A stretch of DNA of 64,000 nt, from the NCBI RefSeq assembly GCF_964204865.1, contig NC_135258.1:9796001-9860000 (forward strand), read 5' to 3'. Source of the DNA: Styela clava (Eukaryota). Positions within the stretch are counted from its first letter, which is position 1. Every line of letters starts with the position of its first letter. Positions 13,192-26,023 of the stretch are shown piece after piece. Position numbers and translations under genes: made by a program. The notes beneath the pieces are model-generated. The model searched no databases. It saw nothing but the letters and a program-made list of their open reading frames with translations, and was not told the DNA's origin.

Positions 13192-16100
13192 ATGTTGCCT
13201 CTCATAGCAGCAAACGATAATTGGAACGTACGACGTCAGGTGAGTTTGACATGAGTTGCGCGAGAGCAGTTGATTTAAAGCCGAGGTTGAAGTTAACAAA
13301 TATTATTGCCCCGAACCTGACTCAAACTAAGAAACGTCCAACTTCAAGCCTGCATTTGCTCAATCCATAACCCGAACAATTATATCAAACCGGACAGGGA
13401 CGGAACTCTGATTTGTTGACTCATAATTTATACAAAAAGCCGTGAATGGCTCAAAGCATGTACAGGGCAGTTGTTGTTAACGTCCAAACGAACGCCCTGC
13501 TATTGCACGATTTTTGTCATTCATACTTGGTTACGTTATTTGATTTGTTATATTAGTCATATAATATTTTTGCATCATGTGATGTTTTTGCATTGTATTC
13601 CCGTTTCGCCAGTAGGTTTTACTGCCTATAAAACTATGCTTTCAGCAATCAAGATCCCAAGCTCTATCTGGATTGCCAGCTTTCACTACGTCCATGTACA
13701 CCGGATTTGCTCCTTTTGAAAGGACATCGAGTCCGTGGAAGCATCATATTCCGTATGTACACGTTATATATTTGACGACTAAGATAAAAATATAAAATCA
13801 AAATATAAGCAATTTCATCTCGAAAATTAGAAACTTGTTCCCGGCGATCAATGGAACAAAGGTGAAAAAATCACCGATATAACACAAAATGAAATTCCAA
13901 TAATTGTTTAGGATTTTGTAACAAGTTTCTATCGTATGAATACTCTTAACAATTTATGTCGGCACTCCTAAATCTAAATTCACCCGTGTTTCAAATTTAT
14001 AGCGATTCGGAACATCAAAATTAAATGTTTGGTGCATTTTTATAAACTTAGCTATGAACTTGTATTATATTTCATCAACTTCAGAAACAGAAATTCTGCA
14101 GCAAAAAATTATGATAAACTATCAGAAGACGATGAAACCAAAATGTCAACTAAACAGGTAGTTCTGTTTACCATGTTGATAAGGGTTCCACAAAATATTC
14201 AATAGTTCATGATTGACTAAAATCAATCGAGTAGCCTACAACAAAGCAATTAACCGATGATAAAAAATCAAAAGTTTTGGATATATTGTTCATGCACTGA
14301 TAATAATCAAAACCTAAGTGATGCTAAAACTTTACTTATTCAAACGAATTATATCATTTATTACTATACTTTTAGTTTGCAAAACCTGCGACAGTAGTTG
14401 CGGCAAGATCATTCCGTTCATCCACGGTTTTAAGACAAGTTCCAATAATGCGACGACATCTGGATACTTTTGGTGGCCGAATATTTTCAATTCCTGTCAA
14501 AACAAAGCCTGTACCTGTACATACTGGTCGATTTTTGGTAAGTTCTCATTGAACTAGAAATGTGTTGGTGGGTTTAACCAGGGGCGGATTAACCAGTAAA
14601 CAATATAAGCACGTGCTTAGGGCACCAAGCAAAGGGGGGCACCACAGAAATTTTTATATCAGAATTTTCAATAGTTCATCGGTGTTTAATAAAATATTAC
14701 GAGTTGAACAGACAACTCAGACTTGTTCGTATTTTCTTTTCCTCAAGCATCATATTAAGCTTCTCGATCAATCTTTGGAGGTTTGCGAACTACCTTTAAA
14801 AAATCGTGTACATCAATGGACCTTTCCCCGACCTTTGACCCCCGAAAAATTCTTCCTATACTTTACAATTGCAAAATTCTCGGGGCTTATTTTAAGAGTG
14901 GTTTCGCGAGTTGGCCCCTGTAAAATGGGGCATTTATTGAGACCATCATTATGTTTCATGGCGTACAATAATCACTTTTTTATAAGTACCGGTAAGGAAT
15001 TTTAGCCTAGTTACACCAATTTTTCATTTACTGCAATTGAATTAAAACTTATAAAAAGGGTGACCGTACATTTGAACCCATGTACATTTGAACCCATGCG
15101 TATATCCACGGGTTCAATCTATATGCAGGTGCTAAAACCCATGGGTTAGGGTTAGTATGGGTTTAACTATCCGTGAAACAAAACAAAATTCCATAGGTGC
15201 AATAGCATACTGTGCAATAGCAATTGTCATGGGTTCAAATGTACGTGGGTTCAAATGTAATGGAACCTATAAAAAGACATGGTGATCATTTAATTATCTG
15301 ATTTATACTCAAATTTCCGAAACACAACTGAAAACTAACGAATAGAGATAAAAAACGCGAAAACGAGGTAATGTTTACAACCATGCCTGAAAATCTGTCT
15401 GAGTGAGAAAAGTGTCTGAGCGGATGCAAAAAGGGTGCATTGTTACGTCACTTTTTTGCATCTTGCTGATTGGCCAATCACTCGAAGTCAACAAGGAGGT
15501 TGATGCTCGGGGAAGGTACATTAGTGATGAACACTGAAACTTACTTGTCGAAAGTTTGGTGTAGCGACAACATCAAAATTAAAAATGGCGCACTATGTGG
15601 CGGTTCCGCGATCGCATTTCAGCGATCTAGAGGTCAGCGAAGTTGGGGAGTTTTCTGGTAAGGTAGACTAGACTAATAAGTACTGGTAAAATTTTAAACT
15701 GCAGTTTGTACTCGATTCATCTGGTATTTCGATTCACGTTGAGACTTGACGCGTGATTCTTTATCGTGACAATTCCCAGAATATATGGAAATCATATTTT
15801 GCTAAGCCAGTTGATGCAAACCTAGGCAGCTAGACTACTTATATTGCAGATAAAATGCAAGAGCTGTAATTCGTTTTATGTTATTGTTTTGGAATGAAAT
15901 TTTACAGAATTTTCACAGAGTAAGTCAAGTTCTGCAAAGTGAGAATGTAGACTTACAAACATGCGCGCATCTGTATGCATCATTACGAGGCCAGCTGCGC
16001 ATTCCACGAGATGAATTTGAACGCTATGAAGCGCTCACGCTACCACTGCAACCAAATGTCTCTTCATCTGCTGAGAAGGAGAAGGTATTCGCAGGGTTGT

Positions 16101-19100
16101 CAAAAGCTTATTGATGCTTACCCAGAAGATTTCAACAGTAATTTCTCAGCTGAGCTTCAGCAGTTTCATTTATATGTGCTCCATAAATTCAATGACACAG
16201 GAAAAAAAATCAAGATTCAGTCATGCTGAACTTTACAAAATTCTTGTAGAATATAACATTGAGTGCGCCTTTTCAAATGTAGACAGCAGCTTTCAAATAT
16301 TTTTAACATTAATGATCACAAATTGTTCAGCAGAACGTTTATTTTCTCAGCTGAAGTATATTAAAAACCCCTACAGAACAACTATGAAACAAGACAGACT
16401 AGAATACTAGATGCTTTATCTCTGTTGAGTATAGAGGCAGATGTGGTACATAAGCTTAGTTTTTAGGATCTAATCAAAGACTTTGCAGCTAAAAAAATTA
16501 GAAAAAAACTTTTCAAAAGTAAGTGAAAGACTTCTGTCTTTTCAAATGTTAGTGGTGCCTTTGTAATGTCAGTGGCGTAGTATCTAGTATGGAGAGAGAC
16601 TTGTTTTGATAATATGAGAAAATTTATCAGAATCAAATTCAAGTAAATGTACCGAAAAACATCGTTTGCTTCCTTACTGTTGGTATTGTTTTATTTCAAT
16701 TTCATCTTTTACAAAATTTTGTGTTGTTCATTATTTAATGTAAAAGATGTATTATGTAAGAATAAGATTAGTTTTGGGAATATGAGCAAAATTTCACAGT
16801 CAAAAAAATGTAAGAAAACCTAAAAATGTTCGTAGAAGTTGTATTTTTTTACTGTTGGTTGTGAGTATTTTTGATGAATAATACTTAATTATATGTATTT
16901 TAAAAGACACATATGGGGGCACCAAAGCCTCCAGTGCTTAGGGCACCAAAGGGGCTTAGTCCGCCCCTGGGTTTAACCAAGTATTTATATGGAATCTTGA
17001 AGTAAGAGAATATATATATACATTCATATTCTTTTTACAGTATGATCCGGTTTGTCCACCAACCTATGCTGGGAAATTGTCACAAAATGAAAGATTGAAA
17101 GCAGAGGCGGAAATGATACAAAAAGTTCGAGGACAAAAAAGAAAAAGAGAAGCGATAGAACACAGGCAACGTTATTCAATTTTGAAGCCTCATTTTTGAC
17201 CCTATATATATTCAGTCATGATGATCAAACATTTCGACCAGCATGGGATGGCCAACATATATTTTGGCCATAAAATCATGTTTTCGTCCTAGAATGTATA
17301 AATGTCTAGTCTGATTTCAATTTTCACTCTCTTGATTTATTCATCAGGTGGGGCTGGAGAAATTTTGATCTGTCTGGAATGGAAGTTGCTAGGAATGCTC
17401 GTTACAGCATACATGCTGAAATACAAAAACTAAAAGAACTTGCACTACCACCTGCAGCAAGAGAAATATATACTGGTCGCGGAATTCGACTGCCAAGGTA
17501 ATTTGGAGAAAAGTCTAGACTAGACTATATACCTTAGCGTATATTTTCTCAGTAGTAGACTTGTAATATTAATTGACTTGTATGTTTACAGTACACATCA
17601 TAGCATCAATCCTCCGAGAGCTCGTCCAGCCACCGAAGGACCCATTGCGCCTCCAGTAACCAGACGAGGTGGTACATTTCCAACACTTAGATCATCTGCA
17701 GCTCCCAGCTTTGCAGGACCTAGTGCGCCAGTCAAGGTACAAAGTCACTGGGAAGCTTCAGCCCATCTTCAGTCAGAGCAGCAATCGAGAGCTTCAACAA
17801 AATTGCAAATTCAGTCAGTTCCTGCACCAGGTATTACTTTCAATCTGAAAGTTCTAATATAAAATTCGTAATTCTTGTACCGGGACGTTATGAGCATTTA
17901 CTTACGATGATATGATACAAAACTCCCTCTAAACTGCTTTATCACGTCACTGTCTCTTGAATTACATTTACCAGAGTTCGATAAACAAAGTTATCTTTCT
18001 GGCAATACTCGAGATTAGTATTATCATGTATTAGTAAACTGTACTCCATCCGCTGACATGGAACTACTTGTGTATAACCTTTGCGAAAACATTGCAAATA
18101 AAAACATGGGGGCAGTTAAATGTAACATTATCGTAACAGGCATTCACCCAAGTACTACACCAGTTCGTCCAGAAACCGTTGAAACGGATCCAGACAAAAC
18201 AATAGTTTCCGAGATTCCCGAAGACGTTAAAGACAGCAGCGGCCCGACACCGGTACGAGAGTAATATCTTTCCCGTTATATTCAGTTTTTGTACGCATGA
18301 CTGAGTTCAGTCACATGGCTGTAATCATTGAAGTTGAAATCCCACTTGCAGTCTCACCAATGGCTGACACATGAGTCAAAGCTTTCAATTTCGTGGGCAT
18401 GGACCTTTCCCCGAGCACCGACTTCCTTGTTTACTTCATGACATTGGCAAATCAGCAAGATGCAAAAAGTGACGTAACAATGCTTCCAGATTTTGAGGCG
18501 TGGTCTTAAACATTACCTCGTTTTCGCGTTTTTGAACTCTATTCGTTAGTTTTCAGTTGTGTTTCGGGGATTTAAATGTAAATCAGATAATTCAATGATC
18601 ACTCTGTCTTCTTGGGAGTTTTAATTTAATTGTAGTAATAAAAAATTAGTGTAGAAATAGCTGTAATAGAATGGGCTAAAATTCTTTACCTGTAAAAAAA
18701 CAAATTGTTGTATGCGATGAATCATGATGATGGTTTGAAACACATACTCCATTTTACAGGCGCCAACTCGCTAAACTACTCTTAATATAAGCCCCAAAAA
18801 GTTTGCAATGATAAAGTATAGGAAGAATTTTTCAGTGGTGAAAGATCGGGGAAAGGTCCATTTATATGCCAAACTATTATTTGCTGCTTGTTGTGTCAGA
18901 ATGAGAAGATAACAACTGGCCGGTTAAAACTGCAGTTCTCAACTCCATCTAAGTAACGAAATAAATCATGAAGATCATTTCTACCATGGCTGGCAACCGG
19001 ATCAGAAGACAGGTTGTCTGTATTATGAAGTCGTATTTCGCCTTTTTCCAAATTTGCGGATAAATATGAAACTTTATATCGTTTGTCTCATGACTTTTAA

Positions 19101-21990
19101 AATTACTGTCTTTGTTTTAATCCTGCAGATTGAATATCCACAGACTCCAAAACCTTCTGAACCGGTTGAAAAAATTGAAGTTATTGATCCAGACGTGGAA
19201 GACGAAGAATTGTGAGTTACATAAAATGTTTGAAATATATATGCATTTACATACATCTAAGTTCGAAACCTATCATCTAATCCCAAATTTGTTGTCGATA
19301 CGTGCGCTAGGCAGAAATACATCTAATACAGCATTGGGGGTGCGGGATTAAGTTGAGTAAATCTTTATTCGCATAAACGATCAATTTCACCTTTCATACC
19401 TAAAGACTGTGGTAAGCAAATGTAGTTATATAGTTGACAATGCCAAACGTAATTATATGACTGACTTCAATTGAGATCAACACACAAGTATATATGATTT
19501 GATTGAAGGCACATTTGATATTAAATTTAAATCAATTTTAACGATAATTATGTCAATGAATTAACCTCAAGAAAATTGTTCGTTCGTATTGTATTTTAGT
19601 CATAAGTCTGCAATTTTCTGGATGTTTTCACACTTTTATATCTATACAATTTTATATGATTCAGGAGAGCGAAATCAGATTTAGCTATCATTCCTGAAAC
19701 ACCGATCGAACGTCCTCGTTCGTTAGCGGCTCCTAGCGCTAGTCCGGAAACAAGCGCTCCGAACCCGATATTGCCAGTTTCGAAAACCCAAACAGAACCC
19801 CTTATATCCGAAGCGGTACGAAAACTTTTGTCAGAACAATTTGGACAATTACAAAAACGAGGGTGAGTACAATCTAATTATTTCATTAGCCTTTCGTTTA
19901 AATTGTTTTAATCGTTGATCATCAGTTTTTTAAAACCCGAAATCAGTAGATGTGAGTACATAGACTCCCCGACACAGACATTATCTATTGAAATAAGTTG
20001 TGTAAAATGTAAAAACATTATAAAATATTATAAGAGCCACCTCAAATGATATAGCTGAGTATTCATTTTCGGCTAGGCACTGACCTTACTGCAGCAGTGA
20101 TATTTTCGCACATGGACTAATACATTTATGATTATTCATAATATTTTCAGTAACATCACAATGGACGATATTCTTGCTCTATCATCGGAAAATTTGACAG
20201 AAAATCAGAAGAAATATTTAACATGCCTTCATGATGTTAGTTCGCATAGTGCATCGTTTGTGTTTCAAGAATTAATTGCATACACTTGTCTATCTCGGAT
20301 CATTCAAAATTTGAGGTATCTATATGTTAAATAAACTCATGTTTATGACCAATTTTTATCTTCATGTAATATTAATTGATGTTTGATGTTAACAGTCCAT
20401 CAACAGCTGAAATGTTTGAACAATGCAACTTTGCAACACTCCCGGAATCCGTTGTGCAATATACGGTATGTTTTCTTTTAGGATATCTAGTATCTGAATA
20501 ATGTAACTGGTATGAGAAGATTAGGTATATAAAAAAATTAAATTTGGGCTTTTGCCAATAAATAAATAAAAAATCAGAAAAAGGGGACTACCAGCCATGG
20601 GCTGTTACGACGTGCGCTATTGGAACTGTGTGCATCCAACATAAGAGGAACTTTGATTAGGTCATCAATGCAATCCATCATCTTCGAATGTTATCATTGA
20701 GGTACAAGGAACAAAGAAAATATAGCGCTTGTTTTGGAATTTTTGAAAATCGCCGTGAATATATCATTTTTTTAGTAGTTTAATTGTAGTATCAGCTCAA
20801 ACCCTCGGAAGCTTCAGCATGAGACTCTTTTCAAGCATCTATTTAGTTGAAAAAATTCCGAGAAAAGGCAAGAAAAAGGGCGCTGAATAGCGGTAACATA
20901 ACCTGTGCCATCAAGTAGTAACTGACTTATTATTATATCTTCTTAAATTATAAAATAATCTAATAACAACTTAACTATTATCTGGCTCAAGCTTTGAGTC
21001 GTCGGCGTATTTCACTAACCGTTTGTCACTTTTGTTTGAACTTTGAATTGAATAGTTATAGCGCTAAGTTTAATGAATATATGCCATGTCTTTAGGCCTT
21101 CATAGATGCTTTTTGCATCAGTCAATTTCTCCAATGTTCTGTTAATTTATGCAGTATTAGCAATTTTTCATGCACCAACTCCATCGACTGAATTTAGGAA
21201 TTATTCAACTCCGTAGACCGTACCGCAAGAGGTCAGATCGGAGTGACAGCTTTGTTGGAAATTCTGAATACAGCCATGCAAAGACAAATCACAAGCGATG
21301 AAAAACTTCTGAAACAAGTGCTCCAAACTATAGAAAAGGTAACCACGCAGTTGTCGCTGTTTTACGTCAATTGCTGTGCACGAAAAGAGGAATCAATATA
21401 CCGAAACCTAAGTAATTGTTCATGCGGATAGTTATTGACACATACAACCAAAATTGTCAGGGGCATGGAAATGTTTAACTGGATTTGATGTAAAATGTGA
21501 AAGTATAATTACGATATATGACTACTGGTAAAAAATATGAATTTTAATCGGGTACCTTGTTTTGGTTATAAATATATATCTATAGCACCTATGGTCTCGA
21601 GTCTCAATTGTGACGGTTCGTTGAAAACATGGTATGTAGAATAACTGATAAGCCTATTTCAGCAGGGCAATAATTTCTCACACGCACTCACTCACACCGG
21701 TGTTACAGTTTTTACGTGAACTTTTCAATCACTTAAACAAATATATAGTAGCAGTAGTCTATTCGTAAAATTATTTAAATGTGAGGTATGGATTAAATGA
21801 TTCGACTTTTGCACTTAGTTACACTAATCCCTCAACTTATTTGTACGACAGTTTTTTTAGTGAGCAATTGTTATGATCTCATATATTTAATCGCAACGGT
21901 TTTTTTTTTCAGGAAAAAGATGATGAAATTTCTAAACTTGAATTTCTTGCTTACATTCCATATTTTACTCACATAGAAGAAATGTCTTGA
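13192..21990 (+). CDS. Uncharacterised 583-aa protein with C-terminal EF-hand-like motifs; 14 exons: 13192-13239, 13646-13752, 14085-14157, 14376-14537, 17041-17165, 17348-17497, 17592-17830, 18140-18252, 19129-19211, 19665-19862, 20151-20315, 20396-20465, 21198-21338, 21913-21990
   Basis: Consecutive exons splice in phase to an open 1752-nt frame, with one GC donor at 17166. Pro/Ser/Glu-rich middle. C-terminus ELFNSVDRTARGQIGVTALLEIL...EKEKDDEISKLEFLAYI resembles a degenerate EF-hand pair. Confidence 0.75.
14815..15522. mobile_element. MITE nested in the hAT element
   Basis: TIR ATGGACCTTTCCCCGA...TCGGGGAAGGTACAT. A second copy lies in opposite orientation at 18399-18862. Confidence 0.8.
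15059..15267. mobile_element. MULE-like MITE nested in the previous MITE
   Basis: 9-bp TSD TATAAAAAG (15050-15058, 15268-15276). Subterminal TACATTTGAACCCA repeats are inverted at the two ends. Second copy at 31959-32147. Confidence 0.8.
18399..18862. mobile_element. MITE, uninterrupted inverted copy of 14815-15522
   Basis: TIR ATGGACCTTTCCCCGA/TCGGGGAAAGGTCCAT. The body is reverse-complement similar to 14815-15522 minus the nested insert. Confidence 0.8.
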
Positions 21991-23191
21991 ATGTTCTTTG
22001 CACTTTCATGCCAACACCATTACGTCATCACCAGCATAGTTTCTTCTATACAATTGACCACGTGGTGGCTTATGTGTTTCCGCTCATGGAACGTTTTATT
22101 ACTTTAAATGGAGTAAATAAATAATAAAATACGTCGCATTTACTATTGTCCTGTCAGACTAAAAAGTCATAGGAAAATATTTTTTGACGTCGTCATTACC
22201 ATAACTACTCGTACCTTGCCAAATAAATTTTTACATTTTTGTTGAAATATCGAAATCAGAAAGGGTTACCATAAAATAAATGATTGGGAACAAGTGTGTC
22301 GTCTTTTCTGCCTTTATTCGCTTCCTTTAGTAAATGTTTGGTAAAATGCAACACCGTTTTGCAAAAACGCAAGTAAGGGTGCCGTAGGATGATGGGTGAC
22401 TATGGATGCCGTAATTTAGCAATCGCGTTTATTTGTCAAGAAAACACAAGACACTTGAAATCATATATATGTAGGCAAGTAGTTAGTTGTACTACCAGTA
22501 ACATAACGTTAAAACAGTCGGCTGACTGTTTAAATTTACGGGTTGTTCAAACGTTGGTGTGCAGTAAAAGTTCACTGCAGCTATGTAAAGTAAGCAAAAG
22601 AGATCAACCATACCGCTACATTAATCGAGGATATGCTCATGAAAAATCGAGTGCAGCCACTGACACTTGACGATGAAATAATGAACGGACAACCATACCT
22701 CAATAAATGTCTCATGCATAGTTATATGCCTGCAAAACACAAAATTTATATATATTATATATATGAAAAAAAAAAATATGACAGCATTTTTTTCATAGAG
22801 CGAGAATGAAATTGTGGACTATTTTAGCTCATTGATGAAACTACCTGAAATAACGGCATAAATGAATATTTAAATCTCACGAAGCATTGTCTTTCGTAAA
22901 TATAATACTTGTCTGTTATAACCGTCCTACTGTGTCACCGCATTGCTCTATGTTCTGTTGTAATTTCATTATGGAATTCCAAAATTTTAAATTACAGTTT
23001 GAATGTGTATTGCGTAAGTGCGTTCAATTGAAACCCAATATACAGCGTAATGTCAACGTGAACACGAATACTCAATTAATACATGACGTCACCTAAATGT
23101 AAACTTGCAAGGTCTCATGTAAACTGCAACAGAACAACAAACAACAGCCGTTATCGCAGAACAGAAACAAACTCACTTTCAGGCGAATGAA

Positions 23192-23672
23192 ATGTTTTTG
23201 GAAACAATCATTCTTTTAATGATTGCTACAATATTGTCAATGGAAGCCGTTGTTGAACAGATGATAGAAATATGTGATTTAGAAAAAATTCGTATCGACT
23301 ACAATATTGACTAGAATGAGGTAAGAATATATTATAAACGATGCCCACGAGCAGAATTTAGTAACAAAATTGACTAGTATTAGATCTTAAATGATCAAAC
23401 GATTCTTTCAGTGGAGACGAAATTGAGGGGGTAGGTAGGTAAACACAATTTCTATCAACGATCTCAACTCAGTGTTGATTGTGAATCTCTCAAGTATAAA
23501 TAAGATGAATATTTTTATTCAATAATTTTAACTGATTAATTATTTCAGATGTCCGGTTTTCGGTGCCAAACTGCTACAAAAGTCAAAATGGCACCTGGAA
23601 TTCCTAATTGTACTACGTCGGAAATCTATCCAAACAATCAAGGATTGCAAACATATCACATCATTATGAAAA
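23192..23672 (+). pseudogene. Possible decayed secreted-protein gene fragment
   Basis: MFLETIILLMIATILSMEAVVEQMIEICDLEKIRIDYNID*NE ends at a strong GTAAG donor (23321), with an in-frame TAG at 23312. A phase-0 acceptor at 23549 continues with a Cys-containing frame. Confidence 0.3.
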
Positions 23673-26023
23673 GTAAAATATCATGTTTGATTCTTATACG
23701 TATTTTATATTCAGGTTTATTAGAAATATGATTACCCATGTTTAGAAATAATCTTACCAATATAATCGGGCCTTTTTATTTATTTAAGGCATACCTATAT
23801 ATGGGAAATTGTAAAATTGATAGCCATACTGTGTATAAAAACTATGGCTTTCCATATAAATATTGTCGTACTATACCGCTACATATTATTTATGTAAAAT
23901 GCTGCACTGTGTTTATGGAACACAAGTTTGACACCCGAACGATACCCTTTCTTGTCTTTGTCTTTTTTATTTGGAATTTATGTTTGTGTGTTGAATGTGG
24001 GTAAACTGGCTCATGTATATTTACATGTAAACCTAAGGTAAAGGTTTTGCCAGTTTATACGATTTTCCCAATCCCCTGTGTGTTCATTGGATGTGTTTTG
24101 TGTATGATTTCATTGTGGGAAAATCAAAATATACTTATTATTATTATAAAGTAGCACAGAAGTTTATCGGGTTCTATTCAATGATATCTTACACTCTGAT
24201 TCACTTATGTTATGTGTAGTAGTTCTACAAATTCATTCCTGATCAACGAACGTGAAATATCTTATATACACTACACAGATGAAACAGTTGGTAAGTTGAA
24301 ACATTTGCTTTTTTCAAATTAGTTCCAAGCGCGATATGCTTTTTCATAAAATAAGTAAAACATGCCCAGACATCATGCAATGTTCGATTCACAGATAAAC
24401 GCAGTAAGGAAACTTCAGACACCCCATCTCAGACAACGCACGCTACCATATGTATACGTCAATTGCTCAGACACAGGTGAGAAATATCTCTATATTGTCT
24501 GCAAAAAATGGTAGATTTAGGTATATATTACAGTCCGAAATTTTTATGGCACACAAGGTGGCGTATGGATCGCCCTGCAAAATTGTTGTTGTAGGTGCTG
24601 TTGTTATATTTATAAATATGGATTATTTTATTTTTCATTTTTTATTGTGCATGTGTCTTATAAAACGCAGTATTTCATCCCAATTTTACAAGTACATTTT
24701 CTGAAGATAACTAGAATAACTTTATATCAGTTGAAACAAATCATTGTATATGGGACAAGATGGTACCCAAAAATTATTTTTCTTTATGAATCTTCATTGA
24801 TTGAAGGTTGGATTGTGCGGATGCACATTTGTGAACCACAGCTTTCGACAGACAGTTTGATGCATGTTCGCAATGAACTAATTTCATACAGCATGGTGCT
24901 CAAATTCTACCTTGAGAAGTGCCAGAATCTAGTGCTGGGAAAATAGGAATTGAGACATGCTGATGACTGTTTATTGCAAATAACATTTCAATGTTAAATA
25001 TATGTGTGAAACGCAGTAAATGTTATTTTCTTTTTGACAAATCAATTGAGATATATATATATATATATGTTAGGCTGTATATCATATGACGGAAAGCTAT
25101 GAAATTACCAATACGATATGTATGTGAGACTGCTATAGTACTATTGTTTGTTTTATTGAATTTTGCTTTCTAATGCAAAATCAATATATACTGATGTATC
25201 TTTTGTTTCACTCGCCCCTTCTGCATTTGTTCTATTTTTCAACAGAAAAGACAAAAATTGTCTCCGCGAAGTGTTGTCTTCCGTTATATTTTGCTAAGGA
25301 ATTGAAAGGGTGAAGGGTTTTAGCATGTCAGATGTTGCTCATACTCTTTTTTTTGGATGAGTAAAAATTAAATAGACACCGGGAAAAGACTGAATTATGT
25401 ATATTATCGTAATAACATATTTATACATATTTAAATAGATGTTAAAGAATAACTAATACGACAATACGTAAATATTCATCAAATAAAGTAGAATTGCACA
25501 AATAAAGTCTGTATATATTTTTCTGGGCGTGAAAAACAGCTAGTCTTTGAATCTTTCGTTGTTCCGAATATGACAGCAATATCATTACATAACAGAAACG
25601 TGTGTGCATAGATTACAAGTCAAAAACATACAGTAGTCATTCGAAAAATTTTTCAACGGTCACATAATGAAAAATGCAATATGTGTGATAGTTTTCTCAA
25701 TAGTTTCTTCTGAAGTAATTTCAAATCATGTAAATTACATTACAGAAATTAAGAGCAATAAGATATTCAAATAAATGAAAAAAATTACGACTGCAGCAAC
25801 AACTATGACCATGTTGCATGTTAAACTCGTTCCAATCTACAGTAAAAATAGTTAAACCTACTCGAATCTGGGTGATATGTGTAATTGAGTATAGTGGAAA
25901 AATTATGCCTTCTGATTAGAATTATTATAATCTGATTTCGTGCTATTGAAAAACTGGGATTTAGCCTACTTATGATATTACGAATGCCGCATATTTATCA
26001 AACAGTCATAGTATAAATAAAAT

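Larger units (their letters stand above)
14579..16969 (+). mobile_element. Internally deleted hAT transposon in intron 4 of the EF-hand gene
   Basis: TIRs CAGGGGCGGA...TCCGCCCCTG and perfect 8-bp TSD GGTTTAAC (14571-14578, 16970-16977). Frameshifted transposase C-terminus at ~15850-16525 (ITNCSAERLFSQLKYIKNPYRTTMKQDRL, hAT dimerisation motif). Confidence 0.93.
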
